A stretch of 61,686 bases of DNA, filler included, from Deltaproteobacteria bacterium (GTDB lineage: Bacteria > JAUYMQ01), in assembly GCA_030698575.1 (NCBI GenBank). It is 14 parts of 14 records of this genome, joined end to end, with 100 filler letters (N's around TTAATTAATTAA, not from the genome) between each part and the next. Parts side by side here need not be neighbours in the genome. Positions count along the whole stretch, not along the records: positions 9,796 to 13,821 come from JAUYMQ010000401.1; positions 13,922 to 19,022 come from JAUYMQ010000410.1; positions 19,123 to 25,100 come from JAUYMQ010000425.1; 11 more parts are not named here. One strand, given 5' to 3'. The notes below the pieces were generated by a model that was not told the DNA's origin, searched no databases, and saw nothing but the letters and a program-made list of their open reading frames with translations. The position numbers and the translations under genes were made by a program. Shown piece by piece: positions 11,015-20,242 of this stretch. Each line of letters starts with the position of its first letter. The stretch's first letter is position 1.

Positions 11015-11034
11015 GGTGTCGGCGAGAGCGGCGA

Positions 11035-12033
11035 TCAGAGCACGGAGACCATTCGCGCGTGCGGGGCGGCGCGCGCGAGCAGGCGCTCCGCTTCCTGCCG
11101 TCCGGCTCCGAACACGGCCGTGGCGGCCGCGTCCGCCGTGAGGCAACTCTCCGCCCGTACCGTCACGCTGTGAACCGCCGTCACCCTCGGCTCCGCGCGG
11201 GCCGGGTCCATGATGTGATGGTAGCGGCGGTCGCGGTAGACGAAACCCTGGAGGTAGTCCCCCGACGTCGCCACCGCCTCGTCGGCGATCTCGATCACGC
11301 CCTCGATGCGCGCGGGATCCGCGGGTGACCGGATCCCCACCCGCCAGGCGTCGCCGTCGAGCGATCGACCCATGGCGCTAAGATCGCCGCCGGCGTTGAC
11401 GACTGCGTCGCGGATACCGCAGGCGCGCAGCGCCTCGACGGCCAGATCCACGGCGTAGCCCTTCGCTATTCCGCCCAGATCAATTCCTGTCTCCCGGTTG
11501 AGAAAACGGACCACCGGCTTTCCCTGCCAGCGATCCACGGCGATTGCCCGGTAGAGCCGGCGCCCCGCGAGGTGCGCCAGGGCCTCGCGCGGGGGCGGCG
11601 CATGCCGGTTGCCGACGTCCCATATCTCCATCAGCCGCGCGAGGCCGGGATCGAAGGCGCCGTCGGAGACTTCCGCCCAGCGCAGCGCCTCGGCCACCAC
11701 CCGCGCCGTGGCCGGATGAACCTCCACGGCTTCGCGCCAGGCCACGGCGTTGACGCGCCCGATGTCCGACGACGCCTGATGCCTCGACATCGTTCGGTCG
11801 ACCCACCTGAGCCGCTCGAAGGCCGTGTCGATGGCCGCCTCGGCCTCGCGCCGGTCGTCGTGCACGACCACGACTTCGGCGAGCGTGCCCATCACCGGGA
11901 TCGTACGCGTCACGAGCCGGCGCCGGCGCCGCAGAACCGGCGGCGCCAGGAGCAGGACGAAGGCGCTCCCGCACAGCGCGAGCATCTGCCGTCGCGTCAG
12001 ACCTTCACCATCGAGATTGTCAGGAATGCGCAT
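11035..12033 (-). CDS. apbE: FAD:protein FMN transferase with Tat-like signal
   Basis: TRRQML, VMGT, IDLGGIAKGYAVD, VATSGDY, YHHIMDP; follows rnf genes. Confidence 0.93.
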   Translation of the reverse strand: MRIPDNLDGEGLTRRQMLALCGSAFVLLLAPPVLRRRRRLVTRTIPVMGTLAEVVVVHDDRREAEAAIDTAFERLRWVDRTMSRHQASSDIGRVNAVAWREAVEVHPATARVVAEALRWAEVSDGAFDPGLARLMEIWDVGNRHAPPPREALAHLAGRRLYRAIAVDRWQGKPVVRFLNRETGIDLGGIAKGYAVDLAVEALRACGIRDAVVNAGGDLSAMGRSLDGDAWRVGIRSPADPARIEGVIEIADEAVATSGDYLQGFVYRDRRYHHIMDPARAEPRVTAVHSVTVRAESCLTADAAATAVFGAGRQEAERLLARAAPHARMVSVL

Positions 12034-12193
12034 CGGTCGTTCTCCCGTGAGAGTGTTGCTCCGGGTGGCACCCGCCGCGCCGGGCGCATCCACCCTCGCA
12101 TCCCGCGCAGGTCTCGGAGTCCCGGCCGCGGCGGAATAGGCCGAAGATCACGAAGAGCAGGGCGGCGCCCGCTATGGATATCAGTGCGCTCAT
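12020..12193 (-). CDS. Small Cys-rich membrane protein (57 aa)
   Basis: MSALISIAGAALLFVIFGLF TM followed by CAGCEGGC..GGCH; overlaps rnfA stop and apbE start. Confidence 0.6.
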   Translation of the reverse strand: MSALISIAGAALLFVIFGLFRRGRDSETCAGCEGGCARRGGCHPEQHSHGRTTDAHS

Positions 12194-12768
12194 GAGGCGC
12201 TCAGCAGGCCGGCGAAGCCCATGAAAGCCATGGACAGGCTGCCGGCGATGATGAGGACGAGACCGAGCCCGCGCGCCGCCTCGGGCACGTCCGCCAGCTC
12301 CGACATCTCGCGGATGGAGGCCATCAGCACGAGCGCCAGCGTGAGCCCGACGCCCGCCCCCAGCGCGAACACGATCCCCTCCAGGAAACCGTAGCCGCGG
12401 TTCGTCTGGAAGATGGCCAGCCCCAGGATCGCGCAGTTCGTCGTTATCAGCGGCAGGAAGATCCCCATCTCGCGGAAGAGCGTGGGGCTCAGCTTGCGGA
12501 TCGCCATCTCGACGATCTGGACCAGCGAGGCGATCACGACGATGAAGGAGATGAGCTGCAGGTAGGGCGCGTGCGGCAGCACATAAGTGTTGAGCGCCCA
12601 GACGCAGAGCGACGTGATGGTGAGCACGAAGGTATTGGCTGCTCCCATCCGGAGGGAGGTGTCCAGCTTCCCCGACACGCCCATGAATGGGCAGAGCCCG
12701 AGGAACAGCGCAAGGGTGAAGTTGTTGATCACCGCCGCCGAGAGAAAGATCCACGCCAGCTCGCCCAT
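12190..12768 (-). CDS. rnfA: Rnf electron transport complex subunit A
   Basis: INNFTLALFLGLCPFMGVS, GIFLPLITTNCAILG, SMAFMGF. Confidence 0.95.
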   Translation of the reverse strand: MGELAWIFLSAAVINNFTLALFLGLCPFMGVSGKLDTSLRMGAANTFVLTITSLCVWALNTYVLPHAPYLQLISFIVVIASLVQIVEMAIRKLSPTLFREMGIFLPLITTNCAILGLAIFQTNRGYGFLEGIVFALGAGVGLTLALVLMASIREMSELADVPEAARGLGLVLIIAGSLSMAFMGFAGLLSAS

Positions 12769-13415
12769 CAGGCAGCCCTCCTCATCGTTCCCGCCGCGGC
12801 CCTTTCCGCGCGCGAGGCGCGACGGCGCTCGATTGCGGATATCGCCAGCAGGATCACGCCCAGCGTCAGGAATCCGCCAGGCGGCAGGATCATGATCACC
12901 CAGGGCTCGTAGTGCGGTCCGAGGAGCGGGACGCCCAGGAAGGTCCCCTGGCCCAGCACCTCGCGAATTCCCCCCATGAGCAGCAGCGAGATGACGAAAC
13001 CCGCCCCCGTGCCGGCGGCGTCGAGCAGCGAGCGGCCGACGGGATTGCGGGACGCGAAGGCCTCCTGGCGGCCGAGGATTATGCAGTTCACGACGATGAG
13101 CGCGATGAACGCGCCGAGCGCCTTGTGGATGTCGGGCACGACGGCCGCCAGCGTCATGTCGGCGACGGTGACGAAGGTCGCGATGATCAAGATGTAGGTG
13201 GAAATCCGGACCTCCCGCGGCACCCACCGGCGGAAGCTCGAAACCAGGAAGCTGGAGCCCATGAGCACGAAGAACGTCGCGAGCCCCATGGCGAGGCTGT
13301 TGGCGACGGTATTTGTCACGGCGAGCGTCGGACAGAGCCCCAGAGCCTGGACCAGCACCGGGTTCTCACGCCAGACCCCGCGCAGCAAGTCCTGCTTCGG
13401 CGTCGTTTTCTTCAT
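12768..13415 (-). CDS. rnfE: Rnf electron transport complex subunit E
   Basis: ENPVLVQALGLCPTLAVT, LIVVNCIILGR.EAFAS, ILPPGGF. Confidence 0.95.
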   Translation of the reverse strand: MKKTTPKQDLLRGVWRENPVLVQALGLCPTLAVTNTVANSLAMGLATFFVLMGSSFLVSSFRRWVPREVRISTYILIIATFVTVADMTLAAVVPDIHKALGAFIALIVVNCIILGRQEAFASRNPVGRSLLDAAGTGAGFVISLLLMGGIREVLGQGTFLGVPLLGPHYEPWVIMILPPGGFLTLGVILLAISAIERRRASRAERAAAGTMRRAA

Positions 13416-13821
13416 GGCGATTTCGCTCCCGCCTCGTCGAGCTGGGGGCCCAGCCGCTCGAGGGCGTCGTTGATGATCCGCACCACAACCTTCGAGGATA
13501 TCGTCGCGCCGGTGATGAGATCCACTTCCGAAGGGCCCCCCTTTCCCGCGCCGGGCTTGACGGCCTCGAGCGGCGTGTGAACCCCCTCGAACTGGCCGAC
13601 GAAGTGCGCGTCCTTCTCGATCCGGTCGCCCAGTCCCGGCGTTTCCTTGCTCTCGAGCACCTTCATGCCGAGGAGCGTCCGGGTCGCCGGGTCGTAGCCG
13701 ATGATGATGCGCACCATGTCGGCGAAGCCCGGCGCCTGTGCGACCACCGCGTAGCCCAGCGGCGAGCCGTCGGCCGCGTGCCCGAGATAAACCCTTTCGA
13801 AGGCCTTGGGATCGGCGCCCG
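13412..13821 (-). CDS. rnfG: Rnf subunit G, C-terminal part (FMN-binding)
   Basis: ETPGLG and DLITGATISS flavinylation motif. Confidence 0.9.
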
Positions 13822-13922
13822 NNNNNNNNNNNNNNNNNNNNNNNNNNNNNNNNNNNNNNNNNNNNTTAATTAATTAANNNNNNNNNNNNNNNNNNNNNNN
13901 NNNNNNNNNNNNNNNNNNNNNC

Positions 13923-14087
13923 ACGACGGCCGCGAAGCTCGCCCTCTCCGACCGCGCCTCGATGGCCGCACTGCTGGAACTTCCCCTCGCATTGCTCCCC
14001 ACCTTCATCGTGCCGATCATCATCGCCACGCACATCTTTGTCTTTTACCGGCTGTTCGGGCAGCAGCGGGAGTTGCAGGCGGCGTGA
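13923..14087 (+). CDS. C-terminus of hypothetical membrane protein
   Basis: Open frame from contig edge, LPLALLPTFIVPIIIATHIFVFYRL hydrophobic segment. Confidence 0.55.
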   Translation, partial: TTAAKLALSDRASMAALLELPLALLPTFIVPIIIATHIFVFYRLFGQQRELQAA

Positions 14088-14115
14088 GGTAGGGGGATTG
14101 GTAGGGATGAATGTA

Positions 14116-15075
14116 TCAATCGGCTGAATTGATACCGAACTTGTCCGAAATGTACTTTCTTGGATCTTTCGGAATTTCGTCGTACTCGCTCTTATGAATG
14201 CGCTTGGCTTCGAAGTCGATTTTTACGTCTGCGATGAACTTAGCAAAGTCCTCATTCTGTTCGCAGAGCTTGTTGATGTTTTCCCAATCGAGTGTATTCC
14301 GAATTCTCGCTGGGAAGATAACCGCGGAACCGTTGATATCACTTAAATCTAGGTGAATGACCCCGATGCCGAAGGAAGTCGCTAGTCTTTCAAGCTCCGC
14401 CAAGAATTCATCATCCTGAAGGATTTCCGCTGCTACGAGATAGCCTTCGTGGGCCCACGACGAATTCGAAACAGCCTGGAAAAATGATTCTCGGTACGTC
14501 CGTTTGTCTAGAGTACGCTTGAGCTCAAAAGAGAACAACCTAAGGGAATTGTTGTCGGATAAGCGGTTGAACTCGATAACTTCGGGACGCCAGTCTTCAA
14601 GAGGCAGGTAGAAGCCCACCATGTCTGGGTTGGTCCATTCACTATAGCCAGACTTCCTTGAAATTTCGTGAAAAATAGTTTTTGTAAAGATCGAGCGCCC
14701 ACGATTGAACGCCGGATTGGAGTAAACATAATAGGCTAGAAGTGGGTGAAGATCTCGCTCGTGATAGGAAGGCTGACGCGGGATAGTCTTGGCCTCCTCG
14801 ATTTCCAGCTTTGCTACTACGTCAGTGGTTAGCTCGGACTCTCGTTCCTTAAGAAAGAACCGAGCAGGTCTCTTGCCCACCTTGATGAACTTGGACGAAG
14901 GGTTATCGCGGACCTGGACGTACAGATATGCGCCAAGGGTCTGCCACGGAGTTTTGCCTTCGGTCGTGAAATCGATGTTCATAGTCTTGGAAGCTTGCCA
15001 AATTTCTTGATAGGTCAGTGGTTTCGATGACTGTTTCAAGACTTCGTACGCAAGATCGAGGAAGGTATCGGCCAT
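14116..15075 (-). CDS. HARE-HTH + COG2958/HrgA-like restriction-endonuclease-fold protein
   Basis: N-terminal GKTPWQTLGA winged helix; ERDLHPLL, W.NPDMVG, FSFELK, FFQAVSNSSWAHEGYLVA; visibly AT-richer than neighbours. Confidence 0.8.
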   Translation of the reverse strand: MADTFLDLAYEVLKQSSKPLTYQEIWQASKTMNIDFTTEGKTPWQTLGAYLYVQVRDNPSSKFIKVGKRPARFFLKERESELTTDVVAKLEIEEAKTIPRQPSYHERDLHPLLAYYVYSNPAFNRGRSIFTKTIFHEISRKSGYSEWTNPDMVGFYLPLEDWRPEVIEFNRLSDNNSLRLFSFELKRTLDKRTYRESFFQAVSNSSWAHEGYLVAAEILQDDEFLAELERLATSFGIGVIHLDLSDINGSAVIFPARIRNTLDWENINKLCEQNEDFAKFIADVKIDFEAKRIHKSEYDEIPKDPRKYISDKFGINSAD

Positions 15076-15785
15076 CTTTTTCTCCCACCTGAATTGCGGT
15101 GTAGCCATGTAGTGCAAGTACCGAGAACCCCTGGTGCGATGAGCCCCAGGGACTGCTGGGCGTTCGGCGATTATCCTGCGGCGGGTCGGAGTACGCAACC
15201 TGCGTTAGTCAATCAGCGGCGACTTTGAACGGTGGTCAAGGGGTGTTCATCCCTGGCTGCTGGGGCACCGAGGTGGTCAAAACCGACTGCGGAGTAGGGT
15301 GAGAGGCGCCCTCGAATAGCTTACCCACCCGCCCCCGCCATTCCGAAAGGAAGGGAGGCGCTCGAGCTTCTGGCGGAGGACGGCGATGGCGCCGTCGTGG
15401 TTCATGTCGATGCGCACGGTGTCGTCCCAGACGGAGCGGATCCAGTGGGCGTCGGCCTCGGAGAGATCGGCCGGCAGGGCCGCGAGGAAATCGGGTGTCG
15501 CGCCGAACCGCTTGCGCAGCCGCGGGCGCATCACATGCTTGAAGAAGAGCGGGCGGAACTCCTTGTGCATGCCCGCGTCGAAGGCGCACCAGATGCGCAC
15601 GCGGGCGCGCGCCTCGGCGGTATTGCCGAGCGCGGCCGCAGCCCTGCGCTTCCTCGGGGTGCCTCCGGCCGAAGCCGACGCGATCGCCCGCCGACCGCTG
15701 CCCGAGATCGACCTGCCAGCCGGGCTATTCTGACCAGCGGGGCCGCCCTTTCAAGCTATCCCGCCCCTGTCCGATATACGTACTC

Positions 15786-16397
15786 ATGGACGAGCGTTCC
15801 GGGGAGACCGGTCCCAACGCCGAGATCGAGAAGATCCTGGCGAAGGGCGTGACCTTCCAGCACCTTGTGGATTTCGTGCGCGACCGCTTCGGCGCGAATG
15901 CGTGGCTGGAGATCCTCGGCGATCTGAAGCCGGCGACGCGGGAGGTTTTCACCGGCTCCCTTTTGGCCTCCTGCTGGTACCCGTACGACGCCTACGCCGA
16001 GGTGCTGGACCTCATCGTCCGGCGGCATCTCGGCGGCAGGCCCGAAGCCGCGCGCGATATCGGCGCTAACGATCTCGAGCAGAGCCTCAACACGGTCTAC
16101 CGTTTCCTTTACCGGGCGGGTTCGCCGGCCTTCATCATCCGCATGTCGTCGCTTCTCTGGCGAAGCTACTTCAACGTCGGCCGCATGGTGGTCGTGGACT
16201 CTGGCGCGGAACACGCGCGGGTGCGGATAGAGGAGTTCATGCCGCCGTCAAAGGCGGTCTGCTGGGACATCTTCGGAAGCATGTGCCGCGGCCTCGAACT
16301 CTCGGGCGCCCGCGACGTGGAAGCCCGCCACACGGAATGTCCCCTCAATGGGGACGCGTTCCTCGGCTACGAGGCCACCTGGAAAATGGGCCGCTAG
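15786..16397 (+). CDS. Hypothetical protein, V4R/HNOB-like (myxobacterial DUF2378-like)
   Basis: KG...FVRDRFG, LASCWYPY, LWRSYFNVG, C..G...GLELSGA, ECPLNGD..Y..TW pattern. Confidence 0.6.
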   Translation: MDERSGETGPNAEIEKILAKGVTFQHLVDFVRDRFGANAWLEILGDLKPATREVFTGSLLASCWYPYDAYAEVLDLIVRRHLGGRPEAARDIGANDLEQSLNTVYRFLYRAGSPAFIIRMSSLLWRSYFNVGRMVVVDSGAEHARVRIEEFMPPSKAVCWDIFGSMCRGLELSGARDVEARHTECPLNGDAFLGYEATWKMGR

Positions 16398-16512
16398 GCC
16401 CGCCCTTTCGCAATCCTGCCATCCCGAGTAAAATCCCCGGACATTTTCCCGGTTTCGCATGTCGCGCGAATGCCGCCGCCGGTGGTGTCGCTCATCCCAG
16501 GAGGAAGTTTTC

Positions 16513-17460
16513 ATGGCGAAGGTCAACAGCGTCCTCGGCCCGATCGACACGAATGATCTCGGTTTCACGCTCATGCACGAACATATTCTCGTCATGAACT
16601 GGGACATGCGGCAGGCGGTTCCGGGCTGGTTCGACCGGAAGGAATTCATCCAGCACGCGGTCAAGGAGGTCCAGTCGGCGAAGGAGCGCGGCGTGAAGAC
16701 CATGGTCGATCTGACCCCGATCAACCTCGGGCGCGACATCTCGGTCATCAAGGAGGTCGCGGAGAAGGCCGAGATGCAGATCATTGCTGCCACGGGCTAC
16801 TACTGGTTCGAGCACCCGATGTACCAGTGGCGTGAGGTCGAGGAGCTGGTGGATTTCCTCATCCGTGACATCACCGACGGCATCCAGGGGACCGACGTCA
16901 AGGCCGGAATCATCAAGTGCGCCACCGACCAGCCCGGCGTGACCGACATCAACAAGAAGCTCCTCCAGGCGGCGGCGCGCATGCACCGGGCGACCGGCGT
17001 GCCGATCTCCACGCACAGTGACGTCCACACCCACACCGGGTACAAGCAGCAGGACGTCTTCGAGGAGGAGGGGGTCGATCTGAAGCGGGTGGTGATCGGC
17101 CACTGCGGCGACTCGGAAGACGCGGGCCACCTCGAGTCGATCATGAAGCGTGGAAGCCTCATCGGCATGGATCGATTCGGCATCGACATGCTCCTGCCGA
17201 CCCCGCAGCGCGTGAGCGTCATCGCCGAACTGTGCCGGCGCGGCTACGCCGAACAGATGGTTCTCGCGCACGACGCCGCCTGCCACATCGACTGGTTCCC
17301 GAAGGGGATGGTCGAGGCGACGGTGCCCAACTGGAACTTCCGACACATCTCCGACGACGTCATCCCCGCGCTCCGGAAGGAAGGCGTGACGGAGGCGCAG
17401 ATCGAGGCGATGACCGTCGGCAATCCGCGGCGCGTCTTCGAGAACCATGGCGCATACTGA
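16513..17460 (+). CDS. php: Phosphotriesterase-family amidohydrolase
   Basis: LGFTLMHEH, DLTPINLGRD, AGIIKCA, ISTHS, VIGHCGD, MDRFG, LAHD. Confidence 0.92.
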   Translation: MAKVNSVLGPIDTNDLGFTLMHEHILVMNWDMRQAVPGWFDRKEFIQHAVKEVQSAKERGVKTMVDLTPINLGRDISVIKEVAEKAEMQIIAATGYYWFEHPMYQWREVEELVDFLIRDITDGIQGTDVKAGIIKCATDQPGVTDINKKLLQAAARMHRATGVPISTHSDVHTHTGYKQQDVFEEEGVDLKRVVIGHCGDSEDAGHLESIMKRGSLIGMDRFGIDMLLPTPQRVSVIAELCRRGYAEQMVLAHDAACHIDWFPKGMVEATVPNWNFRHISDDVIPALRKEGVTEAQIEAMTVGNPRRVFENHGAY

Positions 17461-17496
17461 CGCACCACGGAGTCTTCCACTCGGAGGTGCATCACG

Positions 17497-18591
17497 ATGC
17501 CGCTTGAAGTCCTGGATGATCTCGCGAAGATCACCTACCTCGGCAACACGGCCCGCGCGTACGCCGAAGCACTGGCCCTCCTGGCGGGCATCACCCTCCT
17601 GCTCTGGACTCTCGAGAAGATCGCCGCCAAGCGCCTCCGGGCGTTCGCCCAGCGCACGGAGAACCGCTTCGACGACTATCTCGTCGACCTGCTCGACGGC
17701 CTCGGTCTCCCGGTCTACGGCTTCATTGGTCTCTACCTCGGCACCCGATCGCTCGTTCTGGCACCGTCGATCGCGCGGCTGCTGCACATCGTCTTCGTCG
17801 CATTCCTCACGATCAAGATCATCCAGGCGCTCTCCAAGGCCGCCACATTCCTCGTCGCCCAGGCCTACTTTCGCGTGGGCGACGAGGATCCGAACCGCAA
17901 ATCCGTGGTGCGCAACCTCGGACTGGTGGCGCGAATAGTCCTCTGGACCATCGGGCTCGTCTTCCTGATGGACAACATGGGCATCAAGATCACCGGCGTC
18001 GTGGCGGGGCTCGGGATCGGCGGGATCGCCGTGGCGCTGGCGGCCCAGACGGTTCTCGAAGACGCCTTCAGCTCCTTTTCCATCTTCCTCGATCGCCCCT
18101 TCGAGATCGGGGATTTCATTATCGTGGGGGACTTCAAGGGGAAGGTCGAGCACATCGGCTTCAAGACCACCCGCCTTCGCAGCCTCGACGGCGAGCAACT
18201 GGTGTTTTCGAACACGGATCTCACCGATAGCCGGATCAAGAACTACAAGCGGATGCAGGAGCGGCGCATCGCCTTCACGATCGGCGTGGTCTACCAGACG
18301 CGCCTCGAGAAGATGAAGAAAATCCCGGGCATGATCCGCGAGATTGTAGACAGAGCCGAGGGCGCGCGCTTCGATCGCGCGCACTTCAGCGCCTACGGCC
18401 CTTACAGCCTTGACGTCGAGATCGTCTACTACGTACTGAGCGCTGACTACAACACCTACATGGACGTTCAGCAGGAGATCAACTACCGGATCATGGAGGC
18501 TTTCGAGCGCGAGGGGATCGAATTCGCCTATCCGACCCAGACCGTCTTTGTCGAGAGGGGCGGGGGGGAGGGGTCGAGCCGGCCGTCCTGA
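17497..18591 (+). CDS. Small-conductance mechanosensitive channel (MscS family)
   Basis: AGLGIGGIAVALAAQ, DRPFEIGDFI, GKVEHIGFKTTRLRSLDGE, GIEFAYPTQ. Confidence 0.94.
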   Translation: MPLEVLDDLAKITYLGNTARAYAEALALLAGITLLLWTLEKIAAKRLRAFAQRTENRFDDYLVDLLDGLGLPVYGFIGLYLGTRSLVLAPSIARLLHIVFVAFLTIKIIQALSKAATFLVAQAYFRVGDEDPNRKSVVRNLGLVARIVLWTIGLVFLMDNMGIKITGVVAGLGIGGIAVALAAQTVLEDAFSSFSIFLDRPFEIGDFIIVGDFKGKVEHIGFKTTRLRSLDGEQLVFSNTDLTDSRIKNYKRMQERRIAFTIGVVYQTRLEKMKKIPGMIREIVDRAEGARFDRAHFSAYGPYSLDVEIVYYVLSADYNTYMDVQQEINYRIMEAFEREGIEFAYPTQTVFVERGGGEGSSRPS

Positions 18592-18863
18592 GCGGGCGCG
18601 CTCGAGTTCTCAGCCTGGAAGGGCCGCGTCCTTACCGTGCTCGGCGGGACCTGTCCCCGCGCGGCGCGACGGCGGCGCAACCCCCTCGCGCGCTAGCGAA
18701 GGTCGCGCAACGAGCATCGGCAAGCACGGCCATGCCTAGCGACTGGTCGCTAGCGCACTTCGGGCGCCGCCTTTCGCGCCCTGCGCGCGGGGACACCCGC
18801 CTGCGCGCGGAAAGGCCGCGACCCCTCCGAAGTGCCTCCCATGTAATGCTGGGTGCCTCCCGA

Positions 18864-18962
18864 CGCATGTCATTGCGAGGAGCGAAGCGACGAAGCAATC
18901 CCCCGGCAAGTGCCAAGGGGATTGCTTCGTCGGGCCTGTGGCCCTCCTCGCAATGACATGCG
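18864..18962. repeat. Nested-palindrome intergenic repeat, copy 1
   Basis: CGCATGTCATTGCGAGGAG ... CGACGAAGCAATCCCC / GGGGATTGCTTCGTCG ... CTCCTCGCAATGACATGCG. Confidence 0.9.
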
Positions 18963-19124
18963 CGGTGCTAAACGCGGATGAACTCGGCGACGCCGGGGGC
19001 GGAGCGGAGGGCGCAAAGCTCTNNNNNNNNNNNNNNNNNNNNNNNNNNNNNNNNNNNNNNNNNNNNTTAATTAATTAANNNNNNNNNNNNNNNNNNNNNN
19101 NNNNNNNNNNNNNNNNNNNNNNCG

Positions 19125-19523
19125 GAGTACCCGCTTGTTCTCAACGTCTTCAGGCCCACGGTCTTCTACGGCGGCCGGACGGCGAACATGCCATATCTGC
19201 TGGAGATCGCGGGCAAGAACCGCCAGGTGGGCTGGGAGTCCTGGATCGAGATCCACCGCGGCACGGCGAGCTTGTACGGCATCAGCGACCGGGACATGGT
19301 CTGGGTCGAGTCACCCCTCGGGAAAATAAAGGTGCGGGCGCGGGTGGATCCCGGAACGAACCCCGAGGTCGTCAGCCTCCCTTTCGGACTGGGCCACGAA
19401 GTAGGTGGGCGCTGGGCAAAAGGGTTGGGTGCGAATCCGAACAAGCTTGTTGGAATAGCGACCATGGCCGTGACGGGGGCCAGCGCGTATTCGGTCACAC
19501 GAGTTAAAGTCTATCGAGCCTGA
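19125..19523 (+). CDS. Molybdopterin-oxidoreductase-family subunit (QrcB-like), C-terminal domain, copy 1
   Basis: EYPLVL..RP, WIEIH..TA..GI, VWVESP, GLGH; close paralog of the C-terminus of 22493-24943. Confidence 0.85.
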   Translation, partial: EYPLVLNVFRPTVFYGGRTANMPYLLEIAGKNRQVGWESWIEIHRGTASLYGISDRDMVWVESPLGKIKVRARVDPGTNPEVVSLPFGLGHEVGGRWAKGLGANPNKLVGIATMAVTGASAYSVTRVKVYRA

Positions 19524-19534
19524 GGAGAAAGAGC

Positions 19535-20242
19535 GTGCCGCGTTACGGAATGGTGATCGATCTGGACCGGTGCACGGGCTGCCAAGCCTGCGCGGTGGCC
19601 TGCAAGGTCGAGAACAACGTGCCCTTCTCCTCACCGGAACTGGCACTGGAGGGGCGGACGATTGCCTGGATGCAGGTCCTCCCCTTTTACGAGGGGGAGT
19701 TTCCCGAGGCGCGCACCCGCTTCATGCCCGCGCTCTGTAACCACTGCGAAATCCCACCCTGCGTCACGATCTGCCCGACGAGCGCAACCTACCTGAGCGA
19801 GGAGACCGGGATCGTGGCGCAGATCTATCCGCGCTGCATCGGGTGCCGCTACTGCGCGGTGGCGTGTCCCTATACGGTCAAGTTCTTCAACTGGTTCAAG
19901 CCCAAATGGCCCGAGCCGATGGTGGCCGGGTTGAACCCCGACGTTTCGGTGCGTCCCAAGAGCGTCATCGAGAAGTGCACCTTCTGCTCCCACCGTGTGG
20001 TGAAGGCACGGGAGCGGGCAGACGGTGAGAAACGCAAATTGAAGGACGGCGATTACCAAACGGCTTGCCAGGAGGTCTGTCCGGCCAAGGCGATCACGTT
20101 CGGTGATCTCGATGATCCGGAGAGCCGCGTCGCGGCACTCTCGAAGAGCCCGCGGGCATTCCGGTTCGGTGAGGATCTCGGGACCGAACCGAAGGTCTAT
20201 TACCTCCGCGAGGGAGAGTGGGATGTCGAACGCGAACGATGA
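19535..20242 (+). CDS. 4Fe-4S dicluster protein (QrcC/NrfC-like), copy 1
   Basis: YGMVIDLDRCTGCQACAVAC, CNHC..PPC..ICP, CIGCRYC..ACPY, EKCTFC. Confidence 0.93.
   Translation: MPRYGMVIDLDRCTGCQACAVACKVENNVPFSSPELALEGRTIAWMQVLPFYEGEFPEARTRFMPALCNHCEIPPCVTICPTSATYLSEETGIVAQIYPRCIGCRYCAVACPYTVKFFNWFKPKWPEPMVAGLNPDVSVRPKSVIEKCTFCSHRVVKARERADGEKRKLKDGDYQTACQEVCPAKAITFGDLDDPESRVAALSKSPRAFRFGEDLGTEPKVYYLREGEWDVERER

Noticed and set aside
16492-18384. Long antisense ORFs (also 7942-9663, 22409-23842, 44858-46288, and the 5' part of 51448-52962)
   Set aside because: Shadows of well-supported genes on the opposite strand, expected in high-GC DNA
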